A stretch of DNA of 64,000 nucleotides from a virus, in IMG/VR virus record IMGVR_UViG_3300017739_000006, one strand, 5' to 3'. Shown piece after piece: positions 54,949 through 63,754 of this stretch; position 1 is the first letter of the stretch, and every line of letters starts with the position of its first letter. The notes beneath the pieces are model-generated. The model was not told the origin of the DNA, ran no database searches, and saw nothing but the letters and a program-made list of their open reading frames with translations. The position numbers were made by a program, and so were the translations under genes.

Positions 54949-56601
54949 ATGCAAGTTAACAATGTTGTGATTGTTGGTGGTGGATCATCTGGATGGATGA
55001 CTGCAGCAGCACTCTTGAAACTGTGCCCTTGGATCAGCGTTGTACTGGTCGAATCTAAGAAGTATAAACCAGTCGGAGTTGGTGAATCAACTATTGGACA
55101 GTTTAATAAGTATTTGCGAGCACTCGGTCTTAAAGATGTAGATTGGATGCCTAAGGTAGGAGCAACATATAAGAACAGTATTCAATTTACAGACTTTCGT
55201 GAAGTAGGATCTACATTTCAGTATCCATTTGGACCTGCAGATCTATATAATTGTAAGAACGATATTCAAGATTTCTTTGATCTTCAAAGACTATATCCTG
55301 ATGAGTTCCCGCCAGAGTTATTTGCTAAGTATTACTTGGCAGGCAATACCTGTATGGCAGAACATAACAAAGAATACGATAACAAAGATGGGAGAATTAG
55401 GGATTTTGATTTTGCTAGTGATACTGCCTACCATATTGATGCTGACAGATTCGGCGAATACTTAAAGACTGATGTATGTTATCCGTTCGCTGAACAGGAT
55501 AGATTCACACACATCACAGGTGATGTACGAGGAATGGTCAAAGATGTTACTGCAGGTGGATCACCATCTCAAAGTAACAGAGTCATCAAACAACTAGCAG
55601 TAAAACTAGACGCAGATAAGAAAACTATCGGAGTACAGGGAGATCTGTTCATTGATTGCACAGGATTTAAGGGTGCACTCATTGAGGATATGATGTCTGT
55701 ACGTCATATTAGTTTCGAGAAGTATCTACCAAACGACAAAGCATTCTTCGCTCGTATTCCTTACCAGAATCAGAAACAACGTGAGGAAAAGATGCACAAC
55801 GTGACAGACTGTCGCGGTGCAAATACTGGTTGGATGTGGACTATTCCATTGTGGGATAGAATCGGAGTTGGATACTGTTGGTCATCACGTTTTGCTATGG
55901 AAACAGAAGCAAGACAGGAATTCGAAATTTGGATTGAACAAGAGTTTGATCTGGAACCAGAAGAATATGAAATCCAACTAATTGATATTAAGCACGGATA
56001 TAGAGAGAAAGCGTGGGAGTTGAATTGTGTAGCAATCGGGATGTCATATGGTTTCATCGAACCATTAGAATCCACTGGTCTGTTGACAACTCACGAGAAT
56101 ATCCTTAGACTGGTTGATGTTCTCAATCGTCGTCAGGGTTATGTGTCAGGTATTGAGCGTCAATGGTTCAATTATGCTGCACAACGTGAGGTCATTGGAT
56201 TCAGTCATTTCGTAGCAATGCACTATGCATTAAGCAAACGAACTGATAATCCATACTGGAGACACGCATCACAAAGATGTGAGTATATGCTCGAACAGTT
56301 TGATGGTAACATCAAGGTGAACGATGAGTATGAGAGGATGGGAGATATTCTAGATCTTGGTAGACCACTCAGAGCAAACGTTGCAGGTATGAATTTCATC
56401 GCTGCAGGTATGGGACTGAGATTGGGAACTAGGTTCAATGGATATGGAAACGTTGAAGAACTCACTCACGTTGGAAATGAGCGTCTAGATTACATTAAAG
56501 AGGTTGAGGAATTCGTCAAGTCAGATGAAGTTCCAACACATTATGAATTCTTACTTGAAAACATTTATGGTGAAGACAATGTTCAACTTCCTGAGGAATA
56601 A
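54949..56601 (+). CDS. Flavin-dependent (tryptophan-halogenase-like) halogenase 2
   Basis: IVGGGSSGW, VGEST, ATYK, FIDCTGF, canonical GWMWTIP, FIEPLESTG. Confidence 0.9.
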   Translation: MQVNNVVIVGGGSSGWMTAAALLKLCPWISVVLVESKKYKPVGVGESTIGQFNKYLRALGLKDVDWMPKVGATYKNSIQFTDFREVGSTFQYPFGPADLYNCKNDIQDFFDLQRLYPDEFPPELFAKYYLAGNTCMAEHNKEYDNKDGRIRDFDFASDTAYHIDADRFGEYLKTDVCYPFAEQDRFTHITGDVRGMVKDVTAGGSPSQSNRVIKQLAVKLDADKKTIGVQGDLFIDCTGFKGALIEDMMSVRHISFEKYLPNDKAFFARIPYQNQKQREEKMHNVTDCRGANTGWMWTIPLWDRIGVGYCWSSRFAMETEARQEFEIWIEQEFDLEPEEYEIQLIDIKHGYREKAWELNCVAIGMSYGFIEPLESTGLLTTHENILRLVDVLNRRQGYVSGIERQWFNYAAQREVIGFSHFVAMHYALSKRTDNPYWRHASQRCEYMLEQFDGNIKVNDEYERMGDILDLGRPLRANVAGMNFIAAGMGLRLGTRFNGYGNVEELTHVGNERLDYIKEVEEFVKSDEVPTHYEFLLENIYGEDNVQLPEE

Positions 56602-57364
56602 GAAAAAGAAACCTTGGTTGCGATTCTTCTCTCTAGAACCAGGGTTAGTCGAGAATTATCCTTTGATACCAACGAGTTCCGTGAGAAGACGTTGGCAATC
56701 TAAGGAAGAGCGAAATAAGAAATGCCCCTTTCGGGGTAATATGAATGTGGCAAATTGCCCAGGTCTGAAACAGATCACTCGTATGGGTTATGTTGTAGTA
56801 GCACCAATGGATTTCATCATTCGTACAAACGGTGATGGAGTTGGTTATGAGTATGAGATTCCTACAATGTTCACGAGACACGCGAATTTTGTTGGTGATC
56901 ATCCACCAGACCAAACTGTACCCTTGGTAGACAGTCCACGTGAATCACTTGCACACATTATCAAACTTGAAACACCGTGGAGAGTGAGAGCAAGTGATGA
57001 TATTATTTTTCTGCAGACACCCGTTTACTGGAACAATGAGTCCCGTTTCGAAGCAACTGCAGGGATCTATGATCCAAGATTTGCTATGCAAGTTAACGTG
57101 CAACTTATCTGGCACGTTCTAGATGGTGAAACTCTAGTTAAGGCAGGGACACCACTAGCACAATTCATACCAATGCCAAGAGAAACACTTGACAAGAGTT
57201 GGTATGATATTCGTATAGATAATGCAACGACTGAAGATTGGGATCTAGAAAATGCTTTCAATTACTCATTGAAGGCAGAGTATCCTAACGATGACGATGT
57301 ATCGCACAAAGTCGCTCGTGCTATGAGAGCGATCAAACACCACAGCAACGGAATTGACCGATGA
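56579..57364 (+). CDS. Hypothetical protein, DUF6065/dUTPase-like fold (tentative)
   Basis: CPG...GYVVVAP, KLETPW, AGIYD, KAGTPLAQFIP. Confidence 0.55.
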   Translation: MFNFLRNKKKKPWLRFFSLEPGLVENYPLIPTSSVRRRWQSKEERNKKCPFRGNMNVANCPGLKQITRMGYVVVAPMDFIIRTNGDGVGYEYEIPTMFTRHANFVGDHPPDQTVPLVDSPRESLAHIIKLETPWRVRASDDIIFLQTPVYWNNESRFEATAGIYDPRFAMQVNVQLIWHVLDGETLVKAGTPLAQFIPMPRETLDKSWYDIRIDNATTEDWDLENAFNYSLKAEYPNDDDVSHKVARAMRAIKHHSNGIDR

Positions 57365-57684
57365 GTCTTACACTTGATGAATTGATCCAAAACTTCCATC
57401 TTCAAAAGGGGGAAGTTGATAAAATTATCGACAACTACGATACAGAGTTCTCTAACAAGAAACTGAATCCATACGGTGTCACCACAGTTGAGTTTCAAAA
57501 GAGATCTGATGCATATGCTCAGAGATCTAGATTGGAGGGTGCTATCGATGCACTCTTTATTGTGAAACGTGATATAATGGGTGATGAAACAGATGTCAAT
57601 ATGCCTATGGCAGAAATTGATGCTGCAGATCCAGAAATGGAAATTATTGGTAATGTATCAGAGGAAAATGAAACGGAGGAGTAA
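57361..57684 (+). CDS. Hypothetical coiled-coil protein
   Basis: ATGA coupling. Confidence 0.55.
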   Translation: MSLTLDELIQNFHLQKGEVDKIIDNYDTEFSNKKLNPYGVTTVEFQKRSDAYAQRSRLEGAIDALFIVKRDIMGDETDVNMPMAEIDAADPEMEIIGNVSEENETEE

Positions 57685-57686
57685 CA

Positions 57687-57854
57687 ATGTCTAAATCGTA
57701 CCACGTCTATTACAATGGTAAAGTTTTATTCAAAGACTTGAACCAAGAAGAATTCGATGTAGTATGGGGAAGAATTTACCATTCGTATCATACAGATAGC
57801 ATTTCGATGGAATGCCTTTCAGAAAACTTAGAGGAGTGTGAACAGAGTTACTAA
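57687..57854 (+). CDS. Hypothetical protein, 55 aa
   Basis: MSKSYHVYYNGKVLFKDL...; TAATG coupling to the next gene. Confidence 0.55.
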   Translation: MSKSYHVYYNGKVLFKDLNQEEFDVVWGRIYHSYHTDSISMECLSENLEECEQSY

Positions 57855-58396
57855 TGCGAGTTATTCGTAATGTGATCCCTGCTGTATATCAGAAGAGGAT
57901 CAAACAAATGATGTTAGATGTTGGATTTCCTTGGGGTTACCTTGAGGATGTCACATACAGAGATACTGATGAAGTGCGAAACCGATTTCCAAATGCAAAT
58001 GGAACTCAGGGGTTCGCACATTTGTTTTTCGATGCAGAAACAAATACTCACTCAGAGTTTTGTAACATCATAATGCCACTACTGTTTTCATTCGTAGAGA
58101 CACACGAGTACAATCTGTTTAGGATCAAGGGTGGACTATTGTTACCACAAGGTGAACTAAAGTCACCACATAATATGCCACACGTGGATATGAACAGACC
58201 ACACACTACTGCACTATATTATGTGAACTCAGCAGACGGTGAAACTGTATTTTTTGATGAAGAAGACAATGAAATAAGGAGAGAGAAACCAGAGGCAGGT
58301 AAAGTCATTATTTTTGATGGTTCTATTTACCACGCATCGCAGAATCCCACACAGTCTACAAACAGAATTACACTAAATTTTAATTATGAGCATTGA
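57854..58396 (+). CDS. 2OG-Fe(II) oxygenase
   Basis: PHVD, LYYVNSADG, YHASQNP, RITLN. Confidence 0.82.
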   Translation: MRVIRNVIPAVYQKRIKQMMLDVGFPWGYLEDVTYRDTDEVRNRFPNANGTQGFAHLFFDAETNTHSEFCNIIMPLLFSFVETHEYNLFRIKGGLLLPQGELKSPHNMPHVDMNRPHTTALYYVNSADGETVFFDEEDNEIRREKPEAGKVIIFDGSIYHASQNPTQSTNRITLNFNYEH

Positions 58397-59102
58397 GATC
58401 TTTTACTACCAGTATGACGGTGGTCAAGACATTCTAAACTGTTGGGATTCACCTCTAAGTTTGGATGGTATTGGTATTGAACCCAAGAAAGTTATTGATG
58501 AGTACGAAGGAAACAAATTCGTACCATATATGCAATGTCCTGCTTGGACACATAAGAACTCACGTGAGTTTATTATGTACAATCCGAAGGACTTGACAAT
58601 CGTAATCAACAAGGAAGGATATATTACAGTAAAAGAATTGAATGATCAGCAGATTCAGAAATATTTGAAGGTAGAAGATTTAGAACCACCTATCAAGACT
58701 CTACAGATTTCAGTACCACAATTATTGTTGTGGACAAAATCGAAAGGTGTATGGGTAGAAGCAAGAGATTATCCCTTGACAAGTAGAAACAATAACTTTA
58801 CAATAGTAAACGGTTGGTTCAATCTATCTGATTGGTGCCGACCTATATCTTTCGGTATCAATGTATGTGATTCTGAACAGGATGTAAAGATTAAACGCGG
58901 TGACCCAATTTATAAATTCGCTTTCTATAAAGAAGGAGATCTACGAGAGTCATTCAAGTTAACCAAATCAGTACCACCACAGGAAATGTTACTGCAGATG
59001 CATAAACGTCTGGCAGTAAAACAATTCACACCGTTCCTTGCTAAAGATATTATCTTTGGTGAGAAAGAAAAGAAATGCCCTTTCCCTTGGTTTAGAAAAT
59101 GA
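58386..59102 (+). CDS. Hypothetical protein, paralog-like to 56579 (DUF6065-like, tentative)
   Basis: CPAW, GWFNLSDWCRP, KRGDPIY, KKCPF. Confidence 0.5.
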   Translation: MSIEIFYYQYDGGQDILNCWDSPLSLDGIGIEPKKVIDEYEGNKFVPYMQCPAWTHKNSREFIMYNPKDLTIVINKEGYITVKELNDQQIQKYLKVEDLEPPIKTLQISVPQLLLWTKSKGVWVEARDYPLTSRNNNFTIVNGWFNLSDWCRPISFGINVCDSEQDVKIKRGDPIYKFAFYKEGDLRESFKLTKSVPPQEMLLQMHKRLAVKQFTPFLAKDIIFGEKEKKCPFPWFRK

Positions 59103-59764
59103 AGTTTGTAGAAGAGTATTGCCCAACCATAGTAATCGATAATTTTTTCGAGACACCATCGTTGGTCGTTAACTTAGCGAAACAGCAACAGTATTTTCGG
59201 TGCTATGATCACCCCAACAAGGGCAATTGGCCTGGGATGAGGTCGAATCTTCTTGACGGAGTTGATCCTATCCTACACGAAATCATATGCAGAAAGGTTA
59301 TAGCATATCTACCGTCTTTCGTCGCATTTGATATTGCTGATGTTGCATTTCACGTGTGTGATGGTAACAACAAACGTGGATGGATTCATTCAGACCCACC
59401 ACACTTAGGTGTCGGTATGGTTATCTATTTGAATGATGGAGTTGTACCTGATCGTGGTACAACCATCTACGATGTGCCACCACATTTTAAGGGACAAGGT
59501 TTCGAAGATGAATTCAAGAAACAATTACTTGCTCAGGATGATACTGAATCGGCAGCAGCATATGATACCTATAGAGAAGAATGTAATGCGATGTATCAAA
59601 CATCAATTAGTGTTGAAAGTCGATACAATCGTTGCTTACTATTTGATGGTAGAAAGTTTCACGGTGGTATGGATTTCTTCGGAAAAGATGTACACGATTC
59701 TCGCCTAACTATAGTAGGTTTCTTCCACGGAATCGCTGATGATCTTATAAACAACAAACATTAA
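59099..59764 (+). CDS. 2OG-Fe(II) oxygenase-like protein (DUF6445-like)
   Basis: IVIDNFF, WPG.R, WIHSD, IYLN, YNRCLLF...FHG, RLT..FF. Confidence 0.78.
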   Translation: MKFVEEYCPTIVIDNFFETPSLVVNLAKQQQYFRCYDHPNKGNWPGMRSNLLDGVDPILHEIICRKVIAYLPSFVAFDIADVAFHVCDGNNKRGWIHSDPPHLGVGMVIYLNDGVVPDRGTTIYDVPPHFKGQGFEDEFKKQLLAQDDTESAAAYDTYREECNAMYQTSISVESRYNRCLLFDGRKFHGGMDFFGKDVHDSRLTIVGFFHGIADDLINNKH

Positions 59765-60418
59765 ATGGAAGTGATTATTGACGAGAAAATCGAAGAATTT
59801 GCCAACGGTAAACTTTGGCGAATTCGTAATGCATTATCACAGGAAACTTGTGAACATTTGAAGCACGAATTCATTATGATTAAAAACATAATTGAAGCGA
59901 CAACTTCAGGTCCCACAAGCGATCCCATAATGCCAGGTGCCTTTGCAATGTACTCACCAGTATGTTTTGAAGCAATGGGACAGGTAATTAAGAAACAGAT
60001 TGAGGACGTGGTTAGATGTAAATTATGGCAGACATTTAGTTACGCTAGAGTATATACTAAAGGCACGAATCTGGTACGACATAGAGACAGAACGAGTGGT
60101 GAATGGGTAGGAAATATATGTGTAACAAGAGACGAAACTAATTGGCCCTTTTACATCGAAATTGATGGTAAATCGTATGACCTACTGATGAATCAAGGTG
60201 ATATGATTGTATTCAGAGGACATAAAGATTTTCATTGGAGACCAAAATATCAGGGAGATCTACAGATACAGGCATTTGTATCTTATGTGGATCAAGATGG
60301 TAGATACTCTGACAATAAATGGGACGGTCGTCCGATGTTGGCAGCACCTTGGGAAACAGCAAGTGAGAAAATCCAGAATGAACAATCAATGATCAACACA
60401 TCACCCTATTACACATAA
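59765..60418 (+). CDS. 2OG-Fe(II) oxygenase
   Basis: YARVY..G..L.RHRDR, GDMIVFRG...HWR. Confidence 0.82.
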   Translation: MEVIIDEKIEEFANGKLWRIRNALSQETCEHLKHEFIMIKNIIEATTSGPTSDPIMPGAFAMYSPVCFEAMGQVIKKQIEDVVRCKLWQTFSYARVYTKGTNLVRHRDRTSGEWVGNICVTRDETNWPFYIEIDGKSYDLLMNQGDMIVFRGHKDFHWRPKYQGDLQIQAFVSYVDQDGRYSDNKWDGRPMLAAPWETASEKIQNEQSMINTSPYYT

Positions 60419-61107
60419 TGAAACTGACAGTCAGCAATCCATTTGACACAGCATATAAGAAACTAGATGATGTAATCGTCTTTGAGGATATAATCCCACC
60501 AGTATATCAAGACTGGTTACTCTTATGTGCAAACAATCCAGATCTTGCTTGGTATCGTAAGGACAATGCAATCACGGACATCCCCGAGTTTATTGGTGAC
60601 CCTCGCAATGGGTTCGCTAACTTACATTATTTGTATGAAATTGAGTACGGTGACAAATCACATTGCTCAACACTTACAAATGGGTTTATGCCGCTCGCTC
60701 TTCAGTTCCGTGAAGCATTGAGTGCTGAATGTTTGCTACGGATGAGAATCAATGCAGTTCCTGCAATGGGATGCAATCAAGTTCAAATGCCACACATTGA
60801 TAGTTACGTTCCTAACTCTTGGAATGTAATCTACTATCTAAATGATACTGACGGTGATACAATCATCTACAATGAGAGGACTCAGGATGCCTTTGAATAC
60901 CCTGCAATGGTTGACAAGGACGCTTGGACTGAAAAGCAGCGAATCACCCCTAAGAAGGGCAGAGCGGTTGCTTTCAAGGGTGATCTATTTCACAGTTCAT
61001 CCTACTCAACACTCAATCCACGTTTAGTGGTAAATATAAATGTGAGTGAGAAAACACCCACAGACATTCGTTCCTCATACAATCCTAATTATGGCAACCT
61101 TACTTGA
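60418..61107 (+). CDS. 2OG-Fe(II) oxygenase
   Basis: PHID, IYYLNDTDG, FHSSS, RLVVN. Confidence 0.82.
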   Translation: MKLTVSNPFDTAYKKLDDVIVFEDIIPPVYQDWLLLCANNPDLAWYRKDNAITDIPEFIGDPRNGFANLHYLYEIEYGDKSHCSTLTNGFMPLALQFREALSAECLLRMRINAVPAMGCNQVQMPHIDSYVPNSWNVIYYLNDTDGDTIIYNERTQDAFEYPAMVDKDAWTEKQRITPKKGRAVAFKGDLFHSSSYSTLNPRLVVNINVSEKTPTDIRSSYNPNYGNLT

Positions 61108-61765
61108 AACTGGAGAGGATTGGACTCTCTGGAGATCACCCTGTATCGTCCACGAACAGGATGAAATGATCACACAATTGGGAAGAGCATATCGTCTCTT
61201 CAAAAATACTTTTACAGGATTCGATTCATCGCTGACTGATAAAGGATTGACAATCGGAAATCTTCCTACTCTATTCGATTATGATGAAAAACGCAAGGAA
61301 GATGAGGATTTTATCAAGAATTGGGGCAAAAACCAGCATTCTGGGTATCGGTTCTATAACATATTCGCACTTACGTCCCCGAGTCCGCTATTCTGGTTAT
61401 TGAACAGAGATCTTCAAACTATTGTGCGAAGCACTCTTGAAACTGATGAACCATTATGGTTTCAATGTTGGATGAACTACCACACACCCGATCAGGTGTT
61501 AAAGTGGCACGATCACAAATTTGATTACCACGGTTATATTAGTATCGAACCACACAACACTACAACCGAGTTCAGACAAGACGGTAAACCACTCTACAAT
61601 ATAAAGAATGAAGTGGGCAATGTGTACTTTGGGCCTGGGTGGGACAGGCAACACAGAGTTGTAGTTCACGAGGAATTTAACACACCTCGTATTACTTTAG
61701 GGTTCGATATTCATACTCAGTCAGATTTACCTGACGATCAGTTCTCACTTATTCCACTATTGTAA
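61091..61765 (+). CDS. Putative 2OG-Fe(II) oxygenase-like protein
   Basis: CWMNY, WHDH, GYISI, QHRV, RITLGFDI. Confidence 0.6.
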   Translation: MATLLETGEDWTLWRSPCIVHEQDEMITQLGRAYRLFKNTFTGFDSSLTDKGLTIGNLPTLFDYDEKRKEDEDFIKNWGKNQHSGYRFYNIFALTSPSPLFWLLNRDLQTIVRSTLETDEPLWFQCWMNYHTPDQVLKWHDHKFDYHGYISIEPHNTTTEFRQDGKPLYNIKNEVGNVYFGPGWDRQHRVVVHEEFNTPRITLGFDIHTQSDLPDDQFSLIPLL

Positions 61766-61793
61766 ATAGTATATACGTTCGCTTGGGGGAGCG

Positions 61794-61976
61794 ATGTTCT
61801 TAAAAACCAGAATGCTTAACAACACACAGCAGTCAGTTTTACGCAAAGCGATACTGTTGTACATTTCGTCTCTACATAAGAGACATCACAATGGACAAAT
61901 CAATGACATCACATTAAGCGAAACACTTAATGAGGTGAATTTGATTACTGATTTATTACATTTGAAACAGGATTAA
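61794..61976 (+). CDS. Hypothetical protein
   Basis: ORF track. Confidence 0.45.
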   Translation: MFLKTRMLNNTQQSVLRKAILLYISSLHKRHHNGQINDITLSETLNEVNLITDLLHLKQD

Positions 61977-62305
61977 TGTCAACACCTTTATTCATTTCGG
62001 AGTCTATCCCATTGGAAATTAGAAACGTACTCAAATCTCTTGAAATTGGTATGCCTGCACGGTATAAGGATTTCACAGGTACAATCGAATTTGTATCAGA
62101 AGAGTATATTACTCTCTGTATTTCAGAGAAACCCAATCCAGAAGGATCAAGACATCCTATGAATAAATGTTGTTTACTGGTGTATTCACGTGATTGGGAT
62201 GATCTAGAAATAGATGATTCTCCCTTTAAAAATGTAAAGAATTACAAGGGAAAAACCAATGACCACCCAGGAAATGAGATGTTACCACCGATCGAAGACC
62301 GATGA
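61976..62305 (+). CDS. Conserved cyanophage hypothetical protein
   Basis: GTIEFVSEEYITLCI...CCLLVY. Confidence 0.6.
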   Translation: MSTPLFISESIPLEIRNVLKSLEIGMPARYKDFTGTIEFVSEEYITLCISEKPNPEGSRHPMNKCCLLVYSRDWDDLEIDDSPFKNVKNYKGKTNDHPGNEMLPPIEDR

Positions 62306-62445
62306 AACACAGTAATTACGATGAAAATATGTATGAGGAGATTTTGATTTATTACGCACACGACAAACCAAAATCTGCTACAATACAGGAACACACCGAT
62401 CAATGCCAGAAATTCACAAATGAACAGTCTCGCACTCTCACCTAA
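62302..62445 (+). CDS. Hypothetical protein, 47 aa
   Basis: ATGA coupling; read by eye. Confidence 0.35.
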   Translation: MKHSNYDENMYEEILIYYAHDKPKSATIQEHTDQCQKFTNEQSRTLT

Positions 62446-62596
62446 AGAACTGCTAGGATGTATGTCAGCAATGCAAATGCTTGATGACAAGTCACAACAG
62501 AACTGGGAATCACTTCTCGGTATCAAATATAATGATCTCTATCAAAAATTAGAAAATGCCCTTGAGGAAATTGGTGAAGGTCACACCGAAATCTGA
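62420..62596 (+). CDS. Hypothetical protein, 58 aa
   Basis: MNSLALSPKELLGCMSAMQML...; read by eye. Confidence 0.5.
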   Translation: MNSLALSPKELLGCMSAMQMLDDKSQQNWESLLGIKYNDLYQKLENALEEIGEGHTEI

Positions 62597-62765
62597 CCGA
62601 ACAAAGCAACAGTTCGTCAATCTGATGAACAACAATCCAATCTGCGAAATTCAAGAACGTAGAAAGGATGGACGTTTGTTTATGTCATCTAAACATAATC
62701 CAGAAGTCTGGATATGGTCTGACGGTGACGATGATCCCCATTGGTCTTATGAGCGCATTGCCTGA
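62556..62765 (+). CDS. Conserved cyanophage hypothetical protein
   Basis: VTPKSDRTKQQFVNLM...DPHW. Confidence 0.55.
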   Translation: MPLRKLVKVTPKSDRTKQQFVNLMNNNPICEIQERRKDGRLFMSSKHNPEVWIWSDGDDDPHWSYERIA

Positions 62766-62961
62766 GTTTTTCAAATCCACGTCTGACTTGCCATATGACC
62801 GTCATTGGTATAAAATATGGTGCAAGGACAACTCAGTTAAAATCGTGGAGTCTTACGAGGAAGTCCAAACCGCTTGGTGGAACTTCCATTTTCACATTTC
62901 ACATATCGAGGTTATTGATGCCAAACGAACAAAAGGAGGGAAAAGCAGGGGATTCGCTTAA
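62749..62961 (+). CDS. Conserved cyanophage hypothetical protein
   Basis: PYDRHWYKI...WW...IEVID...GF. Confidence 0.6.
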   Translation: MSALPEFFKSTSDLPYDRHWYKIWCKDNSVKIVESYEEVQTAWWNFHFHISHIEVIDAKRTKGGKSRGFA

Positions 62962-63142
62962 GATACAAGTTGAAGACGGTCAGGTTACTCTTGACTGGGA
63001 CAGAAATGACCCTATGTGGAACTTTCTAAACAATCTAACACAGGAACAACTACAGGAATTTGTTAATGAATCAATCGAACACGGACTATCAACTACTGAT
63101 CTCTCTGGCGAAACTGATGCACGAGAAGGTGACGGAGTGTGA
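62918..63142 (+). CDS. Hypothetical protein
   Basis: VTLDWDRNDPMWNFL. Confidence 0.5.
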   Translation: MPNEQKEGKAGDSLKIQVEDGQVTLDWDRNDPMWNFLNNLTQEQLQEFVNESIEHGLSTTDLSGETDAREGDGV

Positions 63143-63374
63143 CTTCACAAAGTATCTACAGTCAAATCTGAATACTGTAATCTATGAACTCGAAAGGCAA
63201 CACACCTTGCAACAATCCTCTGAATTGCAATTCATTCAAAAAAACAATGGTGGACATATTAGGAAGGATCTCGATTCCATCGGAGACGGTCTTATCTCAT
63301 TCACAGATACAGGCATCCGTCAAGACAGTTACGAGCACTCACCATACTACTGGGAGACAGATCGAAACAGGTAA
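63066..63374 (+). CDS. Conserved cyanophage hypothetical protein
   Basis: LQSNLNTVIYELERQ...HSPYYWETDRNR. Confidence 0.5.
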   Translation: MNQSNTDYQLLISLAKLMHEKVTECDFTKYLQSNLNTVIYELERQHTLQQSSELQFIQKNNGGHIRKDLDSIGDGLISFTDTGIRQDSYEHSPYYWETDRNR

Positions 63375-63389
63375 AGATAAGTAACAAAA

Positions 63390-63405
63390 TGTATTCATCG
63401 TTACA
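63390..63405. promoter_or_regulatory. NtcA-box-like palindrome TGTA-N8-TACA
   Basis: TGTATTCATCGTTACA in an intergenic region. Confidence 0.45.
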
Positions 63406-63510
63406 TTATTATGTTATGATTCCAGAACAATCTAAATACTAGTAGAATTAACGAGGACACAATGCATCCAGTATGTTCTACATTATGGTATAAAATTTGG
63501 AGTAACAACT

Positions 63511-63666
63511 ATGCACAACTTAATGGCGAAGGAGCAACTCGTTGAATGGACTAATCAGTCTCTAAACGACGAAGAACTAATGGACGATTATTTCAATTGC
63601 TTAATCGAATGCTCGATTGAACCACACTCAGGAGAATGCAAACGAATTTGCAGAGATATGTTCTGA
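63511..63666 (+). CDS. Small Cys-containing protein, 51 aa
   Basis: MHNLMAKEQL...DYFNCLIEC...CKRICR; SD GGAG upstream. Confidence 0.65.
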   Translation: MHNLMAKEQLVEWTNQSLNDEELMDDYFNCLIECSIEPHSGECKRICRDMF

Positions 63667-63688
63667 CCGTGTGACAATCCAACAACTG

Positions 63689-63729
63689 ACCCATCGATCC
63701 CCCATCGGTGGGTTTTTTGGTGTTATACT
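63689..63729 (+). terminator. Terminator-like hairpin fused to an extended -10 promoter (TGnTATACT)
   Basis: ACCCATCGAT-CCCCC-ATCGGTGGGT-TTTTT, then TG-T-TATACT at 63721-63729. Confidence 0.6.
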
Positions 63730-63754
63730 ATGTGTAACAGATCAGGAGAGACAT

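Noticed and set aside
285-62526. The many short minus-strand and alternate-frame ORFs in the provided track
   Set aside because: They are shadows of well-supported + strand genes, lack SD or family motifs and have atypical composition. Only 24231-24473, gp53 and gp48 are accepted on the minus strand.
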